64,000 nucleotides of DNA from Octopus sinensis (lineage: Eukaryota). Where the stretch lies: the NCBI RefSeq assembly GCF_006345805.1, contig NC_043003.1:107012001-107076000 (forward strand), written 5' to 3'. The notes beneath the pieces are model-generated. The model saw only the letters and a list, made by a program, of their open reading frames with translations. It had not been told where the DNA came from and ran no database searches. This document shows positions 1 through 11,492 of the stretch, piece by piece (position 1 is the first letter of the stretch; the number at the start of each line of letters is the position of its first letter). A program made the translations under genes and the position numbers.

Positions 1-157
1 TCTCTCTCTCCCTCTGCGAGCACATATGTATTTATACACACACACGCATACATACGTATACAAACACACGCATATGTGTGTATGTGTATATAAATATACA
101 TATACATATATATGTATGTATATATATATATATATATAATATATATTTGTATGTATG

Positions 158-199
<42 letters not shown>

Positions 200-470
200 G
201 TGTGTGTGTTAGGTGTGTATGTTTATATATATATATAACATCATATTTGTGTATGTATGTATACATATATTTGTATGTATGTATGCATGTATGTGTATAT
301 TATATATATAATATAATAACATATATATTATGTATATATAGATACATAGACATATGTTATAAATATATATATATATATATATATAATATATATTATATTA
401 TATATATATATATACATATATATACATATATATAATATATATGTTGTTGTGTGTAAATATATAATGTACA
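1..470. repeat. compound (TA)n/(TG)n/(CA)n microsatellite
   Basis: Dinucleotide runs seen directly; ORF 112..435 (poly-IY) is its translation. Confidence 0.95.
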
Positions 471-546
471 CGCAGGAGTAAGCTGTGTGGTGTCCCCTCT
501 GTGTAATGTCTTCATGCCAAATATTTATGAAATAAAGTAGCTAGCT

Positions 547-698
547 AGGCGCAAAAGTGACTGTATGGTAAGTAGCTTGCTTACCAACCACATGGTTCCG
601 GGTTCAGTCCCACTGCGTGGCATCTTGAGCAAGTGTCTTCTACTACAGCCTCAGGCCAACCAATTTGGTAGCCGGAAACTGAAAGAAGCCCGTCATAC

Positions 699-730
<32 letters not shown>

Positions 731-935
731 TTGTCTGTCTGTGTTTGTCCCCCAACATTGCTTGACAACTGATGCTGGTGTGTTTACGTCCCCGTAACCT
801 AGCGGTTCGGCAAAAGAGACCGATAGAATAAGTACTAGGCTTACAAAGAATAAGCCCTGGGGTCGTCGATTTTCTCCACTAAAGGCGGTGCTCCAGCATG
901 GCCGCAGTCAAATGACTGAAACAAGTAAAAGAGTA
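547..935 (+). mobile_element. SINE family A (tRNA-like head, internal TA/TG microsatellite, GTAAAAGA tail)
   Basis: Head AGGCGC..GTGG with A-box-like TGACTGTATGG and B-box-like GGTTCAGTCCC; tail CTCCAGCATGGCCGCAGTCAAATGACTGAAACAAGTAAAAGAG; about 20 related copies in the window. Confidence 0.9.
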
Positions 936-1101
936 TACATATATGTAGATGTAGATAGATAGATATAGGTATGTATATAATGTACATATATATGTATATA
1001 TATACACACACATATATATGTGTATATATACACACACACACATATATGTGTATATATATATATATACACCACACGTGTATGGTGTGTTTGTGTGTGTGTG
1101 T

Positions 1102-1292
1102 AAGCGCAGGTGTGGCTGTGTGGTAAGAAGCTTGCTTACCAACCACATAGATCCGGGTTCAGTCCCACTGTGTGTCATCTTGGTAAGTGCCTTCTACTAT
1201 AGTTTCGTGCCGACTAAAGCTTTGTTAATGAATTTGGTAGGCGGAAACTGAAAGAAGCTTGTCCTGTATGTATGTGTGTTTGTGTGTGCGTG

Positions 1293-1364
<72 letters not shown>

Positions 1365-1495
1365 AGTGAGTGTGTGCATGTGTCTTTATGTCAGTGTTTG
1401 TTCCCATCATCACCACCACGGCAAAAAAGACCGACTAGAAACCTCTATGACGGTGCCCCAGCATGGCCGCAGTCAAACAAGTGAAACAAGTAAGA
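1102..1495 (+). mobile_element. SINE family A, internally deleted copy
   Basis: Same head and tail as 547-935; long (TG)n in the internal slot; part of the body missing. Confidence 0.85.
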
Positions 1496-1509
1496 AATGG
1501 GGATTTCGC

Positions 1510-2760
1510 CAAGCCAAGAAAAAGTTGCACGCTGCCTAAGGAAAAATGATCATGCCCTTAAGGATATTAGCAATGCCGAAGATACTAAGACCCAACTAAA
1601 CAGCTGGTGCTCAGCCAGTTGTTTTGTTGGGTTCGAGAATTCGTGCGAAGGTGGCCAGGCGTTCACCCAGATTTCAGTTCGGTCAATTTGAGCAGCGAAA
1701 GTTCAAAGCTTTGCCTACCATTTTCATCAGTGGAGGAAGCATTCAAAGCCACAGAGAAAGCGTAATCAGCACATTGCTTTTAACTGCGAATGAACGTGTG
1801 GGGCTCACCAACACGATCGTAAAGTGTGGCAGAAAATGGAAGCACCAAGATGCTGTGAAAGAAGTGGAGATATATTGGAAATGCCAGGAGATTGTCGGAG
1901 TTGTCTGTCAAGGACGCAAGGACTAGGCAACTACAGCTGCAAGAGCGAGAGAGACCGTTCATAGTGCAAAGAATCTGTGATTCAACAGAGGATGGTCACC
2001 GGGTAAAAGCAGTAGGGCTTGCCCACGGAGGGTCAATGGATGCAGTAGAACTAGGAACTCGAGCACTCACCGTCTTGGAAGGAACCACTGACTAGAGAAG
2101 ATTATCTATACTCTTTCGTGCTGTCGCTGACCCCTTGCCAACCCCCAAATAACCTTAGAATATGGGGAAAGAAGACAACCTGTCCTGCAAGTAATGTAGA
2201 GCTGCTCTTTGCACCCTGAACCAAATTAGACCGAATGTCCAAGGGTAAGAGAGGAGAGCGTTACAAGTGGAGATGTGACAAAATCCTTGCAGAAATCGCC
2301 AAGTGGACTGGTCCGCAATGGCCACCCAAATGTATTTCTAAGGGAAGGCGACATGGCTTCCAAGATGCATCTAATGACTGGGAATTCGTTTTCTAATCTG
2401 CCTTCAACCTCAGATTAGGAGACGAAAGTGGACCTGAGAGGCAGACTCATCTTCCTAGGGGAGATAGCAGTAACTTCACTCCGACCAGACATGTTCCTGC
2501 TTTTCAGGAGTACGAAAACAATCATCGTGGTTGATCTCACAGTACCCTGGGAGAACAAACTCGATACCTTTTACCAGGTAAAGAAAACTAAATACCAGGA
2601 TTTGCTCGTCAAGGGCCATATTCCCTATTGAAGTAGGCTACGACGACTTTTCAGCTGGATCGATGCACCATTTCCTACGGAAGGTAAGTCTGGAACCCAG
2701 ACAACTGAAGAAAGCTACCAACGAGATAGGCAGAGCAGCTGAAACAAGCCGAAGGCGAAA
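1510..2760 (+). pseudogene. degenerate RLE-type non-LTR retrotransposon 3' part (HERO-like, R2 superfamily)
   Basis: Frame-broken translation gives KCGRKWKHQDAVKEVEIYWKCQEIVGVVCQGRK, then DPLPTPNNL..WG (start of the CCHC region), then LRPDMFLLFRSTKTIIVVDLTVPWENKL...PIEVG (PD-(D/E)xK restriction-like endonuclease). Clade call is from recalled HERO motifs. Confidence 0.8.
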
Positions 2761-2794
2761 ACTAATTCAGTGCTCACTGACTTACTCAGACAAA

Positions 2795-3180
2795 GTGGAG
2801 GCGCGATGGCCCAGTGGTTAGGGCAGCGGACTCGCGGTCGTAGGATCGCGCTTTCGATTCCCAGACTGGGCGTTGTGAGTGTTTATTGAGCGAAAACACC
2901 TAAAGCTCCATGAGGCTCCGGCAGGGATGGTGGTGATCCCTGCTGTACTCTTTCACCACAACTTTCTCTCACTCTTACTTCCTGTTTCTGTTGTACCTGT
3001 ATTTCAAAGGGCCGGCCTTGTCACTCTCTGTGTCACGCTGAATATCCCCGAGAACTACGTTAAGGGTACACGTGTCTGTGGAGTGCTCAGCCACTTACAC
3101 GTTAATTTCACGAGCAGGCTGTTCCGTTGATTCGGATCAACCGGAACACTCATCGTCGTAACCGACGGAGTGCTTCCAGA
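2795..3180 (+). mobile_element. SINE family B, full length, with 11-bp TSD
   Basis: A-box TGGCCCAGTGG, B-box-like TTTCGATTCC; tail CGTAACCGACGGAGTGCTTCC; ACTCAGACAAA repeated at 2784-2794 and 3181-3191. Confidence 0.9.
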
Positions 3181-3799
3181 ACTCAGACAAAATATACAGA
3201 CTCAGGGACGATTCTGAGATACCTGCTGATGATACAGGAGAGTTTCTAATATTGAGATGCATCGCGATGCATTTAGATCTTGCAGATCGTCTTAGTAGTG
3301 CCTGCAGTTTCTGCGTAGCGAAAAGCATTTTTGATGTTTATTTAACGTATGAAATATTGGCCTCTTAGTTTACCTCTATTCTCTCTCTCTCTCTCACCCA
3401 CCCCTTCTGTTTCTGCCTCACATATGACTGTGTATGCGTATACACACACACAGACATGCAGTTAGAGTAATACCTCACTTTACGAGTATCCGTTTTACGA
3501 GACCCCGGGTTCTTCCGCTTTTGAAGCGCCCGTGCCACTCAAAACATTGCATATGACCCATTGCCTCGTCACCATAAGCTCGCCAAAGCCTACTCAATGC
3601 CTCTGTAGCAGACTTCCCAAGTTTAACGGAAAATATCACGTTGGCTCTTTGTCCCTGTCCATTACAAAATCACAGACTACAGCAGACACACGTGATCACA
3701 AAAACACAAATTTCACAACTTGCAAAGTAAACACAGGAATGTCACTTAACAGTTTTTCGGTCTTCAATGCATGTTTTTTTTCTTTGTTGTATTTATACT

Positions 3800-3801
<2 letters not shown>

Positions 3802-3871
<70 letters not shown>
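3802..3871. repeat. (CT)n microsatellite
   Basis: Seen directly. Confidence 0.95.
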
Positions 3872-3874
<3 letters not shown>

Positions 3875-4101
3875 ATGTAAATTTTCTTTTTGCTATTTCC
3901 CTGTTGAAAAAATGCCCTTGTAACAAAGTTCCTCGAAAATGCAAAGTTCCGCAGTTCTTTTTTTCTTTTCTTTCTTCTTTGTGGGGAACTATAAAAAGAG
4001 AACATTGTTTTGTGCAAGTTCTATATTAGTAGGAATATGTCAGAGTGTACTCAGCCGGTCAATGTACCGCTTCCTTTAACTAATTCCGTCTTTATCAATA
4101 A

Positions 4102-4492
4102 CTAGCAGTATCGCCCGGCGTTGCTCGGGTTTGTTTCGACCCTTTAGAATTGGAATTTTCGAAAAGTAAAAATTTTGCATTATTGTAGCTTGTTATTCTC
4201 TTTAAGTGAACATTTTCCTGGTTGAAATACACCGAAAAATGGTGACACAGCAGTCAAAAAATCGTAAAAAATAGGGATTTTCATAGAAAAAAAGCAGCTT
4301 TTTGATGTAAATAATTTTTGGTCTTAACATGGTTCGCTTTGAATTTTTTCTTCTACGGAAGGAAGAGCAAGCCTTCTTCTACCATACTCTCAGTTTTGGT
4401 CAGCTTGCGCCGCAGGGTCTCGGATGAAATAGTGTTAGTTGAAGGATACCAAACCTGCCATACACAAACAACTTCAGCTTTATATATAGAGA
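4102..4492 (-). mobile_element. non-autonomous Helitron
   Basis: On the minus strand it starts TC(TCTATATATAAAG) and ends with hairpin CCCGAGCAACGCCGGG then CGATACTGCTAG; inserted between A and T with no TSD; Gypsy reading resumes across it. Confidence 0.85.
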
Positions 4493-4892
4493 TATGTCCC
4501 AAAAATGTAAAAGAAGAAACACCAAAAAGACATTTTACTGGGGTTAATTACAACACCAAACTGTGACAATGCAGTAAAAATTTGTTCTAAATGCTGTTCA
4601 GATAGCTCTTCCATAAGCCTAGCAATCAACAAGTTGTCGAAACAACAATGTTTAAACCACGAGTGACTTCATCGATAAATCCATGGAAAGTATTCGCAGC
4701 ATTTCGGAGAGCAAAAGGCATTTTTTAAAAATTCGAAAAGTCCAAAAGTAGTAGTTATGGCTGTTTTAGGAGCATCAGTAGATTCTATAGAAATATGGTT
4801 ATAGGTGCGTACGAAATCGATTTTTGGAAAAACGGTACAAACATGTAAAGAAGCGGAGAAATCATGAATATGTGGAACAGAGTACTTAACAG

Positions 4893-5058
4893 CAAGGCCG
4901 GCCCTGGGGCTGTTGGCGTCCCGGGTAAGCTGAACTTCGGCGTGTACAAGCTGACGGTCGTGGAAATTTCCATGTCTTTCTCACGACCTCGTTGGTGCCC
5001 CCAAGCACATGGCGCCTCAGGCGAATACCTGAGTTGACGGTTCCTTGAGCCAGCCCTG
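4893..5058. mobile_element. hAT-type MITE
   Basis: Imperfect TIRs CAAGGCCGGCCC / GAGCCAGCCCTG; 8-bp flanks CTTAACAG and CTAATCAG (6/8); Gypsy RT reading resumes on both sides. Confidence 0.7.
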
Positions 5059-5141
5059 CTAATCAGGAAAAGTTAAAACACTCAAACGTCTGTAGTCTCC
5101 ACATGGACATCAACTCCTTCAAACGTTTTCAGAACCATATA

Positions 5142-5375
5142 GAGGCGCAATGGCCTAGTGGTTAGGGCAGCGGACTCGCGGTCGCAGGATCGCGGTTTCG
5201 ATTCTCAGACTGGGCGTTGTGTGTGTTTATTGAGCGAAAACACCTAAAAGCTCTACGAGGCTCCAGCAGGGGGTGGTGATCCCTGCTGTACTCTTTCACC
5301 ACAATGGCGGTGCCCCAGCATGGCCACAGCTCAAGAGCTGAAACTGGAAAAACAAAAAACAAACAAAAAAAAAAT
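5142..5375 (+). mobile_element. chimeric SINE: family B head fused to family A-like tail
   Basis: 5142-5303 matches SINE B, then GGCGGTGCCCCAGCATGGCCACAG..GAAAC and an A-rich tail; ATATAG on both flanks. Confidence 0.8.
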
Positions 5376-5479
5376 ATAGGGTGGAGAAGATCAATTACTG
5401 CCGGAGAGTTGAGTTATCCCAAGGTCCAGCATGTGATTAAATTCGTCCTCAGCTATTTGTAGTTTGTCAGCTGTGAGAC

Positions 5480-5904
5480 CAGGACCGGATTAAAATCCAT
5501 CGAGGCCCTAAGCACTTAAAAGATTTTGGTGCCCCCATAAAAGATTATGTAATTCAAAATATAAACAATAACAAACCATAAAATAGATTTCTATTTTTCA
5601 AAACGAAACAAAACAGTTAGAGGGAAAATAATGTTTATTTTTGTTAATTCCACTTTATTTACGTTTGAAAAGTTTCCTCCTACTTTTTTGAATTGCAAAG
5701 TCTTTGATCTGATTCTCAAAATTAATCTTAGGTAACACATCTGCATCTATACTTAGCAGAGATAAAGTCATTACGAATATTATTTTAGCAAGTTTAAAAT
5801 GATTTCTTTTGTGCCATAAACTATTTACCATTTCTGTAGTGCCCCCTCCTTCCCTTAATGCCCTAAGCACGTGTTTATTTTGCTTAATGGTTAATCCAGC
5901 GCTG
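5480..5904 (-). mobile_element. hAT deletion derivative retaining the transposase C-terminus
   Basis: TIRs CAGGACCGGATTAA / TTAATCCAGCGCTG; 8-bp TSD TGTGAGAC/AGTGAGAC (7/8); minus ORF contains TLSLLSIDADVLPKINFENQIKDFAIQKSRRK, like the hAT C-terminal dimerisation region. Confidence 0.85.
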
Positions 5905-6439
5905 AGTGAGACGTCTGGGTGGTGATGAAACAGGATGTCCTTTAGTGATGACATGATGTGAAACAGAGTGTACCGGACTCTCATTATTAAAAAACGGACG
6001 AGTGATGCCTGGAAATTTCTTAAGGGTCGTATAATAACGAGGGTTCAAAGAAAAGGGGACAGACGATAGCAAGTTTACTGTACATACCCTGCGCAAACAA
6101 TTCCATTTCCGAATCTATCAGTCACTTGTGTTTCAAATCAACAAGAAGACCAAAGTGACGCAGGGAGTTGGCACCGAGAATAGGATACGAGAGATTGCAA
6201 CGATAAAGATCCACTTGAACTGACGTCTCGTAATTGGATCTAAAGTCATAAATTTCTCACTGTAAGTGGATATAAGAGAATGTTTAACAATTTGTAATGT
6301 AACAGCTGACGGTTCCTGACCAAATGCTGCAAGCTGCTCTTGAGTCCACCAGGAATCGATGCTTTGAAATGGTTCCACACAAAAAAGAAGAAGGAAAAAA
6401 CGCGACATATCGAAAGACCGCCGAGGGATGCAGTCACAC

Positions 6440-7721
6440 TTAATCCCTGACGCCGCCGTTTTACTGCAGTTGGGTGGACGACTTGAAAGGACCCAGTTGC
6501 ACACACCTGTGTGCATTAACACCAAAGCGCTTATGATTCCAACAAATCAACGTAGGCGCAGGAGTGGCTGTGTGGTAAGTAGCTTGCTTACCAACCACAT
6601 GGTTCCGGGTTCAGTCCCACTGCGTGGCACCTTGGGCAAGTGTCTTCTACTATAGCCTCGGGCCGACCAAAGCCTTGTGAGTGGATTTGGTAGACGGAAA
6701 CTGAAAGAAGCCCGTCGTATATATGTATATATATATATATATGCGTGTGTGTGTTTGTGTGTCTGTGTTTGTCCCCCTAGCATTGCTTGACAACCGATGC
6801 TGGTGTGTTTATGTCCCCGTTACTTAGCGGTTCGGCAAAAGAGACCGATAGAATAAGTACTGGGCTTACAAAAGAATAAGTCCCGGGGTCGAGTTGCTCG
6901 ATTAAAGGCGGTGCTCCAGCATGGCCGCAGTCAAATGACTGGAACAAGTAAAAGAGTAAAGAGAGAGTAGGTCTCCTACGAGGACTAAAAACGCTTACTA
7001 GAAGTCCTCCGGCTCCGAGAATTCGTGCATGTAAAACATCTGGAAATTTGAAACTGCTCAAGCTTATCTTTTAAAGCCTGAATTCTATCTTCTTTTGCCT
7101 TACGAAATTTCGCCGACTCAGAGGAAACACAAGAGACGAAGGTACGAGAATAAACTTCAACATTTCTGGTATTTAAAAAGGAAATACCCAAGATACCATT
7201 TCCCAAGTCGGCCAATTGAACAGTCGAGCTCTGCTTTCTTACGGACATTAAAATGGCTTGCACATATAAAGGGAAGCTCCAGAAAAAGTGTTGTCGCAGC
7301 ATTGACTCTTCGAGTGGGTTATCCTACACAAATTCTCTCAGTCGTCTCAAAAGTTGAAGAGGCTTCTTATCTCCTAAAATTTTTTGTAAAAGAGTAGGTG
7401 AAAACGTTTCTGTTTGGACCTAGAAATCCGTCGCAAAATTTCTACTTTCATACTGGCATTTTACGATAAGATGTGAGGTCGGAATGGTTGCTAATAAAAT
7501 CTTTGAATTCGCTGCGTAAGACAGGAGGCAAAACATTGACTAAAAAGGTGAAATTGGTGCGTATCTGAAGAAATTTTGTTCACTGCGAAATTGGCTTCCA
7601 GCTGAGAAAAGCAAATGGAAGAATTTCCAGTATATGGAAATGAAGTGAAGAACAAGGCAACTTGAGTAGCTAAGCTATCGCTATTTTCAGAAGAAACAGA
7701 CGGGCCAGGTGAAGTCGCCAT
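6440..7721 (-). pseudogene. gag: Gypsy gag fossil, interrupted by a SINE A
   Basis: MATSPG..FSQLEANFAVNKISSD, LGDKKPLQLLRRL, MLRQHFFWSFPLYVQAIL..LADL, then across the SINE SPRRRPT-LICWNHKRFGVNAHRC (CWxHxxFG..C motif typical of this gag group). Confidence 0.85.
6554..6965 (+). mobile_element. SINE family A, full length
   Basis: Complete head, body and tail; GTAGG shared by both flanks; sits inside gag. Confidence 0.92.
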
Positions 7722-8383
7722 TCTTTTCGAACAGAAATTAGATGAAACCACGCAAACGAAAGGATATGAAAAACTTAAATGCTGGTCGTTATAGCGAACT
7801 TCAAGATCAACTTCACTCCGGAATCACATTCGAGAGAAGGGAGTTTCCTTGGTGTTTAAGGGTAGATTTGACGGATATTTAGAGCAAGACGAAAGGTACG
7901 CCTCAGCTAACAGTGGGTGGATGAGCAATTGTTTGTATGTGAGTGTAATGGTAGAAATGGGCCGTAAATTGTTTGGTCTTGTGTTGGGTAGAGTAGAAGG
8001 TTGAAATGTCGGTGTTTATCCGAGTATATATATACGTCTTTTAGAGGAAAGCTAGTTGGTTATGAATTCCAACAAGAGCAGCTGTGTTTAAGCAGAAGAT
8101 TAATTGTCGTTCACAGCGGAGCCTATCTGTTATTAAGTTTTTCATTGAGAAACTGGAGACAGATGTAAATACATCTTGTTATTCTCTTTGTACATGGGAA
8201 AATGAAGGAGATTGTCTTATCATGTTCTACAGTTCAACGGATGACCTCTCAATCTTCTGCCTACGAGGACTTGTAACAACCTTTTAAATCAAACAAACTA
8301 TGAGTTTATGTATGTAAAAAGTATGTTTGTGCGTGAATGCATGTGTGTGTGTGCGCGCACACACACACACACACACACACATA

Positions 8384-8788
8384 TACTCTTTTTACTCTTT
8401 TACTTGTTTCAGTCATTTGACTGCGGCCATGCTGGAGCACCGCCTTTAGTCGAGCAAATCGACCCCAGGACTTATTCTTTGTAAGCCCAGTACTTATTCT
8501 ATCGGTTTCTTTTGCCGAACCGCTAAGTGACGGGGACGTAAACACACCAGCATCGGTTGTCAAGCAATGCTAGGGGGACAAACACATACACATACATACA
8601 TATACATATATATATACATATATACGACGGGCTTCTTTCAGTTTCCGTCTACCAAATCCACTCCCAAGGCTTTGGTCGGCCCGAGGCTATAGTAGAAGAC
8701 ACTTGCCCAAAGTGCCACGCAGTGGGGCTGAACCCGGAACCATGTGGTTGGTAAGCAAGCTACTTACCACACAGCCACTCCTGCGCCT
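8384..8788 (-). mobile_element. SINE family A, full length
   Basis: Reverse complement of the family A pattern. Confidence 0.92.
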
Positions 8789-8809
8789 ATATATATATAT
8801 GTATTGATT

Positions 8810-9008
8810 TCAAATTTTGGCACAAACCAAATTTCGTGGGAGGGTTAAATCGATCGCATCCATTCCAGTGCTCAACTTACTTTGATCGACCTCGAAAAGA
8901 TGAAAGACAAAGACAACCTCGACGGAATTCGAACTCAACGGGAAGACGGAAGAAATGCCGCTGCAAGTTTTAACCGGCATGCTAACGATTCAGCCAACAT
9001 GACGCCTT
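8810..9008 (-). mobile_element. SINE family C, old diverged monomer
   Basis: Diverged match to the 17870-18100 head and body (GATGAAAG.CAAAG, GCTAACG, CGCCTT). Confidence 0.65.
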
Positions 9009-9014
9009 TACACA

Positions 9015-9268
9015 CACCTATAAACATACACACATACATACACACACACACCTATATACATACACACACACCTATATACATACACACACACCTATATACA
9101 TACACACATACATACACACACACCTATATACATACACACATACATACACACACACCTATATACATACACACACACCTATATACATACACACATACATACA
9201 CACACACCTATATACATACACACATACGTACACACATACACACACACACAACATACGTTTATATACGT

Positions 9269-9310
<42 letters not shown>
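9015..9310. repeat. (CA)n/(ACACAT)n compound repeat
   Basis: Seen directly; source of the His/Thr ORF 8882..9358. Confidence 0.9.
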
Positions 9311-9312
<2 letters not shown>

Positions 9313-9549
9313 GCATGTGTATTCATTCGTGTTTGCGTGGTTTATGTGTTATTTGTAACCGAGATTTTGTTCGATCTTGTTTATTTTCGTTCATCGATCA
9401 GTTTTTCTTGAACATCCAGCAATGGTTTCTCTGTGTCTATATTAAAAACATCGATTTCTCGTGCCAGTTCCTCTCGCTCGTTATTCTACAACAGAGATGC
9501 TCGTCTACTCTTTAGCAACGTTGCGTTAAACTTCAGCAAAAGTATGTAT

Positions 9550-9835
9550 ACGTCACACACACACGCACACACACACACACACGCACACACACACAAACAC
9601 ACACGCACATACACACACACACAAACACACACACACACGCATACACACACACACACACACACACAAACACACACACGCACATACACACACACACACAAAT
9701 ACACAAACACACACAAACACACGCACACACACGCACAAACACACACACACACAAACACAAACACACACACACACACACACAAACAAACACACATACACAG
9801 ACACACACATATATACACACACACACACACATGCG
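9550..9835. repeat. (CA)n microsatellite
   Basis: Seen directly. Confidence 0.95.
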
Positions 9836-10073
9836 CACGTGGGCACGTACGCACACTCGCATCCGGAAGCAGAATAAAACAGATAACGTGTTTTATTGTA
9901 ATTAACACCATAAATTACATACACTTTACACGTGTTTCTCTAGTAACTAATTGTATGCTGCGCACTAATCGTTTGGAAGACGATTGCAAAATCACCTCGA
10001 AACGCCAGGTATTCAGAAGAAAATAGTAATTTAATTCATTCTATTGGTTATCAATGCTACATGAGAACTATGT

Positions 10074-10231
10074 GCGCAGGCGTGGCTGTGTGGTAAGAAG
10101 CTTGCTTCTCAACCACATGGTTCCAGGTCCAGTCCCTCTGCGTAGCACCCTGGGAAAGTGTCTTCTTCTATAACCTCGGGCCGATCAAAGCCTTGTGAGT
10201 GGTAGACGGAAATTGAAAGAAGCCCGTCGCA

Positions 10232-10263
<32 letters not shown>

Positions 10264-10309
10264 CATCTATCTATCCATCCATCTATCTATCTATCTATCT
10301 ATCTATCTA

Positions 10310-10364
<55 letters not shown>

Positions 10365-10548
10365 GTGTTTGTCACCCCACCATCGCTTGGTAACAGACGT
10401 TGGTGAGTTTACGTCCCTGCAACTTAACGGTTCGGCAAAAGAGACCGATAAAATAAGTACTAGACTTACAAAGAATAAGTCCTGGGTTCGATTTGTTCGA
10501 TTTGCTCCAGCATGGCCACGATTAGATGACTGAAACAAGTAAAAGAAA
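10074..10548 (+). mobile_element. SINE family A with (ATCT)n in the internal slot
   Basis: Family A head and tail; about 150 bp of ATCT repeat at 10213-10363. Confidence 0.88.
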
Positions 10549-10550
10549 CA

Positions 10551-10721
10551 TTATTTACATTATTTACATTTGACGGATATTTGTCCTTATATGGCGTAGT
10601 GGTTAAGAGCGACGGCTACTAATCCCAAGATTCCGAGTTCGATTCCAGGCAGTGACCTGAATAATAATAATAATAATAGTAATAATAATAATAACATCGA
10701 AAAATACCTTAGGAATGAGAA
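10551..10721 (+). mobile_element. SINE family D, 3'-truncated, preceded by an inverted copy of its own tail
   Basis: A-box TGGCGTAGTGG (10592-10602), B-box GAGTTCGATTCC (10635-10646), (AAT)n; 10551-10587 is the reverse complement of 51069-51105. Confidence 0.85.
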
Positions 10722-11492
10722 GAAGAAGAAGAAGAAGAACGGATGATGATGATGATGCCGCCGCAGTCCTTGTCGTCATGATCGTCGTCATGAGGGTCGC
10801 CTTCCACTTGAAGTGATACTGGAAGACAGCGAATGCTTTGTTCGAAATGTCTGACTTCTAGTCTCGCACACTCTCACCCACCAACATACTATTTACTTTG
10901 CTATAACTACCAGGCTTTAAAAACACCGCTGCCGATGAATGAGCCACTATGTTGTCTCTTGGAATGCAAGAAACAGCAATCACGTCGCTCTTGAATAACA
11001 TCCTAGAGTCATTAAAATAGATACACCTTGCCAGAAAAAAAAAAAAAACGAAGACGTGGTAATTGTTGTTGAGATGTCTTCGTTTCTAGGTTTACTGGAT
11101 CGGGCGTGAACTGAGGTTAAACAGCTACAGCAACAACGCCAACATTGTTTAGGGTTGGGCGTGGAACGATCTTTACGATAGAATCAATTTGCAACTTGGT
11201 TTGTGATTCAACAACTTTTCTTATTAAAGTCCCGAGCATGCACATCAAAAATATTTGACGAGCGCATAAAAAATAGTTTAGTTTTCATTGCAGAAGCTGT
11301 GTTTGTGAACAGAACTGATAATTCTAGCATGTCAAGAACTTGGGAGTGTTATCCGTAACTGTACAACACGCCAGAACCCCCAGAAACTCATTGCTTTAAA
11401 CTCTGCTTTAAACCCTCTCGAGAATGTGGGAATCGTGGTCGCATCAACTGCGTTGTCAAACATTTGGATACAATGACCACCAGGTTGTAATA

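Larger units (their letters stand above)
4060..6400 (-). pseudogene. pol: Gypsy/Ty3 LTR retrotransposon pol fossil (protease + reverse transcriptase), split by four insertions
   Basis: Minus-strand readings: HRFLVDSRAACSIW (aspartic protease, DSG degraded), STYSEKFMTLD..RRQFKWIFIVA, FPGITRP..HHVITKGHPVSSPPRRL, ADKLQIAEDEFNHMLDLGI, PCGDYRRL, YSVPHIHDFSASL..KIDFVRTY..KTAITTTFGLFEFLK-MPFALRNAANTF, FTFLGH, IDKDGI. The YxDD motif is degraded; stops and frameshifts are present. Confidence 0.9.

Noticed and set aside
3460-3510. CAGT..TACCTCACTTTACGAG as a Tigger/pogo TIR
   Set aside because: No matching opposite terminus was found.
7705-7725. TGGCGAC as the Gypsy primer-binding site
   Set aside because: It lies within the probable gag start (ATG GCG ACT) and is not preceded by a recognisable LTR end.
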